Shown here: piece by piece, positions 60,159-64,000 of the stretch | Layout: every line of letters begins with the position of its first letter | Position numbering within the stretch: the stretch's first letter is position 1 | Source: Deltaproteobacteria bacterium | Lineage (GTDB): Bacteria; Myxococcota_A; Polyangia; Polyangiales; Houyiibacteriaceae | Length of the DNA: 64,000 nucleotides | NCBI GenBank assembly: GCA_034670305.1 | Contig: JAXMNT010000026.1 | Location: 25,402-89,401, forward strand | Reading direction: 5' to 3' | Position numbers and translations under genes: made by a program | The notes under the pieces: model-generated | Seen by the model: only the letters and a program-made list of their open reading frames with translations | The model's database searches: none | Told to the model about the DNA's origin: nothing

Positions 60159-60932
60159 ATGTTCGGCATCGGTTTCGGAGAGATGATGATTGTCGCGGTC
60201 GTGCTGCTCATCGCAGTGGGCCCGGACAAGATGCCGAAGCTGATGAAGGCGGTCGGCAAGGGCCTGCGCCAGGTGCGCAGCGCGTCCAACGAGCTGCGCA
60301 AACAGTCCGGCATCGACGAGCTGATGCGGGAGGATCCGGTCGGTCTCAAGGAGCTGCAGCGGGATCTCGCCCGCAAGCCTGGCCCGCGCCGGGCGGAGAA
60401 GCTCTCCGCCGACGATCTGGAGCGGGAGCAACCCGCCGAAGGCGTGGACCTCGCAACCGCGCGCCGCCAAGCCGAGGAGTTGCGGCTCCAGGAGGAGATC
60501 GCGCAGGCCGAGCAAGCGGCCCTGGAAGACGGCGACGGCGAGCCATCGGACGAGGCAGCGCCGGAACCCGTGGCTCATGTGCCCGTACCCCATGTGCCGG
60601 TGGGCCGCGCTCCGGTTCCCCCGGCTGAGCCGAAGATCGAACACACCCGGATCGCGCTGCCGGGCCTCGAGCCGATGGCCAAGTCGGGGCCCGCGTCGGT
60701 GCCGCCGCCCTCCCCGTCGGTGCCCCCGCGTTCCCCGTCGGCCGCGGCGCCGTCGCCGCCTTCGCCCTCGGTGCCGCCGCCCTCGCCATCGGTGCCGCCG
60801 CCCTCCCCGTCGGTCGCGCCACCGCCGCCCGCCGCTGCGCGCAAGCGTCGAGACGACGCGACGATGGAGCTCCAGACCGAGGACGTGGAGTACTTCGCGC
60901 CACCGAAGCTGCCGCCGGAGCCGCCCAAGTGA
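60159..60932 (+). CDS. tatB: Twin-arginine translocase TatA/TatB-family protein with a long Pro-rich tail (TatB-like)
   Basis: MFGIGFGEMMIVAVVLLIAVGPDKMPKL matches the TatA/B N-terminus. Confidence 0.75.
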   Translation: MFGIGFGEMMIVAVVLLIAVGPDKMPKLMKAVGKGLRQVRSASNELRKQSGIDELMREDPVGLKELQRDLARKPGPRRAEKLSADDLEREQPAEGVDLATARRQAEELRLQEEIAQAEQAALEDGDGEPSDEAAPEPVAHVPVPHVPVGRAPVPPAEPKIEHTRIALPGLEPMAKSGPASVPPPSPSVPPRSPSAAAPSPPSPSVPPPSPSVPPPSPSVAPPPPAAARKRRDDATMELQTEDVEYFAPPKLPPEPPK

Positions 60933-61774
60933 CCGTGAAACCAGCGGCGCTCCCTTCGGGCGACGGCGACCCCGCGAACCCGGAAGACGACGTGGAGATG
61001 GGGTTCTTCGAGCACCTCGCCGAACTCCGCACGCGTTTGGTGCGCTCGGTCTATGGCGTGGTGCCCTGCATCGCCGTGGCGTGGCTCTTCAAGGAGTACC
61101 TGCTCGAGTGGATCCTCGATCCCCTCGTCGCCGCGTACGCCGCCCTCGGCATCGAGCCGGAGATTCACTTCAAGAACCTCGTCGACCCGTTCTTGGCCTA
61201 CTTCAAGATCTCCATCGTCACCGGGTTGCTCGCGGCGTCGCCGTGGATCTTCTACCAGCTCTGGGGGTTCCTCGCGCCGGGCCTCTACCGCAAAGAGAAG
61301 CTGCTCGCGATCCCGTTCGTGCTCGTCTCCACGATCTGTTTCGTAGGCGGCGGCCTCTTTGGCTACTTCATCGTGTTCCCGATGGGGTTCGAGACGTTCC
61401 TCAGCTACGCGGGCGAGTTGCCGTCGCAGAACATCCGCATGCAGCCGACGATCATGATCGACGAGTACCTGACGTTCTCCACGCGGCTCTTGCTCGCGTT
61501 CGGGCTCGTCTTCGAAGTGCCCGTCGTCGTCACCTTCATCTCGGCGATCGGCCTCGTCACTTGGCGCGGGCTACTGAAGTTCGCCCGCTGGTGGATCCTG
61601 GTCGCGAGCTTCCTCGCCGCGTTCCTCACCCCGCCGGATGTCGCTTCCCAGCTCATCATGCTGGTGCCGCTCGTGGTGCTCTACTTCATGTCCATCGGCA
61701 TCGCGTTCCTGATCGACAAGCGCCGTGAGAAGAAGCGCGGCAAAGACCCCGACGACGGCAAGTTCGAGCGCTGA
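60929..61774 (+). CDS. tatC: Twin-arginine translocase subunit TatC
   Basis: It has FFEHLAELRTRL at the start and six TM segments. It overlaps tatB through ATGA. Confidence 0.85.
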   Translation: MTVKPAALPSGDGDPANPEDDVEMGFFEHLAELRTRLVRSVYGVVPCIAVAWLFKEYLLEWILDPLVAAYAALGIEPEIHFKNLVDPFLAYFKISIVTGLLAASPWIFYQLWGFLAPGLYRKEKLLAIPFVLVSTICFVGGGLFGYFIVFPMGFETFLSYAGELPSQNIRMQPTIMIDEYLTFSTRLLLAFGLVFEVPVVVTFISAIGLVTWRGLLKFARWWILVASFLAAFLTPPDVASQLIMLVPLVVLYFMSIGIAFLIDKRREKKRGKDPDDGKFER

Positions 61775-61793
61775 CCCGGAGCGGTGAGCCCGA

Positions 61794-62813
61794 TCAGTGT
61801 GCAGGCTCGGCCGCGTCCCCGAGCCGGTCGACCGCCCTGGCCAAGCTCGCTCCGGACGTGGGGAGCAGGCGGGTCGCCTCGCGTTGATCGCTCGAGCCGA
61901 CCCAGATCGCGCCCGTCGGCCCAGCCTCTACCCGCCCCACCCTGACCTCGCCGAGAAGCGCATCGCGCATGCCGTAGAGGCGGGCTCCACAGACGGGCTC
62001 CGATTCGGCCAGGTCCGGAGCGCCGCCCTCTCCGAGCGCCCCCTCCACCGAGAGCCCGAAGATCGCCCGCATCAACCGGTCGTAGTCCCGGCGACGGGTC
62101 TCCGGCGCCGCGGAATCGACCCAGCGGGCGCGCGCCGAACGACGCTCGAGCTGGGTGAGCTGAAGCGTCTCTCCGCCCACCTCGATCTCAGCACGCACCG
62201 CATCGTTTGGCGAGACCAGCAGCAAACGACGCTCGACCAGCCGCATCTCGGCGATCTCGAGCTCGTTGAGCAACGTACCGTCGACGAGAAGCACGTCGCC
62301 ATCATGGCGCACGTACCGAGACGCGCTGCCATAGGCGCCGATGCCGATCGCGTACTCGTGGGTGCTGCCATCGCAGCGGACACTCAACGTGGCGTTGTCC
62401 GCCGATGCCCCGAGCCCCACGGCGCGCGCCTGCGTTTCGTCCAGCGTGCCGATGTCGCGGATCGCCACGAGCTGGAAGTCCGACGCGACCTCCTCCGCCC
62501 GCTCGTTGCCTCGCAGCCGCGCGGCCCGAAGTCGGCCGGCGCCGGCTTGCTCAGACCCGTGCGGCCCGACGTCCCGAGGCGCGCCGACTTCGAGGTCGAT
62601 CCACACCCGCTCCCCCTCGGTCGTCAGCGCCACACTCCGGTCCCCGTTCTGATAGCGCAGCTCGGTCAGTTGCTCACAGCGGAGCACCACACTCGATCCT
62701 GGCGCCTGCGGCCCAGGTCCCTCGGCCCCCGCCCAGGCGAACACACCGAGACAGATCGCGGCCACGCCGACGTGCAGACCAAAACGCGGGACCTCTGCCA
62801 AATCGCGCGTCAC
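61794..62813 (-). CDS. Secreted protein downstream of the GldG-like gene (DUF4340-like position)
   Basis: The GTG start overlaps the upstream stop (GTGA), and a signal peptide is present. The family assignment rests on context only. Confidence 0.4.
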   Translation of the reverse strand: MTRDLAEVPRFGLHVGVAAICLGVFAWAGAEGPGPQAPGSSVVLRCEQLTELRYQNGDRSVALTTEGERVWIDLEVGAPRDVGPHGSEQAGAGRLRAARLRGNERAEEVASDFQLVAIRDIGTLDETQARAVGLGASADNATLSVRCDGSTHEYAIGIGAYGSASRYVRHDGDVLLVDGTLLNELEIAEMRLVERRLLLVSPNDAVRAEIEVGGETLQLTQLERRSARARWVDSAAPETRRRDYDRLMRAIFGLSVEGALGEGGAPDLAESEPVCGARLYGMRDALLGEVRVGRVEAGPTGAIWVGSSDQREATRLLPTSGASLARAVDRLGDAAEPAH

Positions 62814-63961
62814 TCTTCTTCCCTCGAATCCGAAACCACATCGCCGCTCACTGCGGCTGTCTCTGCGGCTGTCTCCGCCGCTGTCTCTGCGGCTGTCTCT
62901 GCGGCTGTCTCTGCGGCTGTCTCTGCGGCTGTCTCTGCGGCTGTCTCTGCGGCTGTCTCTGCCGCTGTGTCCGACCTCCCCGCCTTGCGGAGGGTCCGCG
63001 CGCGACGCCGTCGACGACTTCGCCAGAGGCCGATGAGCAACAAGGGCAGCGGACCACCAAAGCTCGTGGCCCAAAAGAAGAGCCGCTCGCCTTCAGGACT
63101 GTGCTCCACCGGCCGGTCCTCTTCGCTCGTCGTCACGCCCACGATCACCCGGTCGTTGCCGTGGCCCTCGAGCAGCCATTGGAGCGACGCGCCCACCAAC
63201 TCGAAGTTGGCGCGCGTCGTGAGCGAACCGTCGCTCGCGATCGAGCCGTCGCCGACCACCACGATCCGTCCATCGCGTCGCCCGCTCGTCCGCTCGGTGC
63301 CAACCGCGAGCACGGTGGCCGCTGCCGCCGCTTCGTCGGGGCCGCGCTCGAGGTCTCCGTTCAAATCGTGCCAGGTGTCCGCCTCGGTGCGGAGTGGGAA
63401 GACCAACCGCCGCGTCGCACCCACGGCTGCTTCGAGCGGACGCAGTTCGTTCGCGCGATCGAACAGGACGGCGCTCCGTTGTCGACGGAGTGGCGCAACC
63501 ACCGGATGGTCGCTCGCCGCCTTCGCCAGAATGCGCACGCGGTCGGCCGCGTCGTGGCTCCGCGACACGTGGTTGCGTTCGCTCGCGAGCACGCCCGGCA
63601 CGAGGCCCACGCCGAGCGCCGCGGGCAGACAACCAACCGGCGACATCTCTTCGTCGAACGCCGCAAAGACCCGCCCTCCGGACGCGACGTAGCGCTCGAC
63701 GGCGCTGCACTCTTCTTCGGAGAACGCATGCCGCGGACCGAGGATGACCACCAGCGGCACCGCCGGGGCGATCTCCGAACCGAGGCCGCGGCCGAGGCCG
63801 AGGCTGCGCACCGCCACGTGGCTCCGGCGAAGGGTCCGCACGAAGGTGTCGATGCGCTCTTCGGACGCGGCCTCCGCGCCGCCTTGCCCGCGCTCGCCGT
63901 GACCCGTGGTGAGGTGGACCTCGCGGGTGCGCTGGGTGAGGCGGCTCAGTGCTTCGAGCAC
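62810..63961 (-). CDS. GldG-like ABC-transporter auxiliary (ABC_transp_aux) protein with a C-terminal TM helix and a repeat-encoded (AAETAA)n tail; possibly 5'-incomplete
   Basis: It has RIVVVGDGSIASD...NFELVGASLQWLLE, typical of GldG-like proteins, then LPLLLIGLWRSRRRRRA, then TAAETAAETAAE... repeated 10 times. Confidence 0.55.
   Translation of the reverse strand: MLEALSRLTQRTREVHLTTGHGERGQGGAEAASEERIDTFVRTLRRSHVAVRSLGLGRGLGSEIAPAVPLVVILGPRHAFSEEECSAVERYVASGGRVFAAFDEEMSPVGCLPAALGVGLVPGVLASERNHVSRSHDAADRVRILAKAASDHPVVAPLRRQRSAVLFDRANELRPLEAAVGATRRLVFPLRTEADTWHDLNGDLERGPDEAAAAATVLAVGTERTSGRRDGRIVVVGDGSIASDGSLTTRANFELVGASLQWLLEGHGNDRVIVGVTTSEEDRPVEHSPEGERLFFWATSFGGPLPLLLIGLWRSRRRRRARTLRKAGRSDTAAETAAETAAETAAETAAETAAETAAETAAETAAETAAVSGDVVSDSREEE
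62822..62990. repeat. 12-nt tandem repeat (GCGGCTGTCTCT)n, about 11 units, in-frame within the 3' end of the GldG-like gene
   Basis: Read directly from the sequence. Confidence 0.9.
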
Positions 63962-64000
63962 ACGTCCGTCCAGCGTCCGAAGCCGCGAGCGCGCGATCGC

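Noticed and set aside
60159-60932. Calling this gene tatA rather than tatB
   Set aside because: At 257 aa with a long Pro-rich C-terminal extension it fits TatB better than the 60-100 aa TatA. It is kept as a TatA/B-family protein with tatB as the preferred call.
1-64000. Mobile elements, transposases or integrases
   Set aside because: No ORF shows DDE, HUH or tyrosine-recombinase motifs. The short recurring GCGAAGCGAGCCAGG motif has no terminal inverted repeats bounding a coding unit.
1-64000. tRNA or rRNA genes
   Set aside because: No intergenic stretch shows cloverleaf-compatible conserved features (TPsiC GTTCRANYC box, for example). The intergenic gaps are short or filled by microsatellites. 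This could not be excluded rigorously without tRNAscan.

Overview
High-GC (about 70%) bacterial chromosomal window, almost certainly from a myxobacterium (Myxococcota). Two proteins end in MYXO-CTERM sorting tails, and the Myxococcus-type cysteine-rich repeat appears in at least two genes (and, as reduced CxDGxDNDGxG modules, in the four paralog lipoproteins). There are many lipoproteins, Ser/Thr kinases and PEGA domains. The window is gene-dense, with about 55 supportable CDS, many translationally coupled through overlapping stop and start codons. Recognisable content includes: an RCC1-repeat surface protein; several alpha/beta hydrolases; a xanthine dehydrogenase xdhAB pair; two GH13 alpha-amylase lipoproteins; a flotillin (YqiK)/NfeD (YqiJ) pair; an HTTM-domain membrane protein followed by an amidohydrolase and a YedY-like molybdoenzyme; a class II DAHP synthase; a GntR regulator with a palindromic operator over its start codon; a fatty-acid-hydroxylase/ACP/O-methyltransferase trio; an XPB-like helicase with a Bax1-like nuclease partner; TatB/TatC; and a GldG-like ABC-auxiliary protein plus downstream partner. 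The most unusual observations are two. First, a dispersed family of long perfect hexanucleotide microsatellites, (GCSGAA)n/(GGCDTC)n of 100-390 bp, sits at six or more mostly intergenic sites, with related in-frame repeats inside two genes. Second, a co-directional block runs Ser/Thr kinase -> TPR/PEGA protein -> four tandem paralogous lipoproteins, each with a CxDGxDNDGxG-DCxD-C-CC module and a large beta-rich C-terminal domain of unknown function. No rRNA, tRNA, CRISPR array or transposase genes could be supported. The numerous long ORFs lying antisense to real genes are treated as high-GC artefacts.
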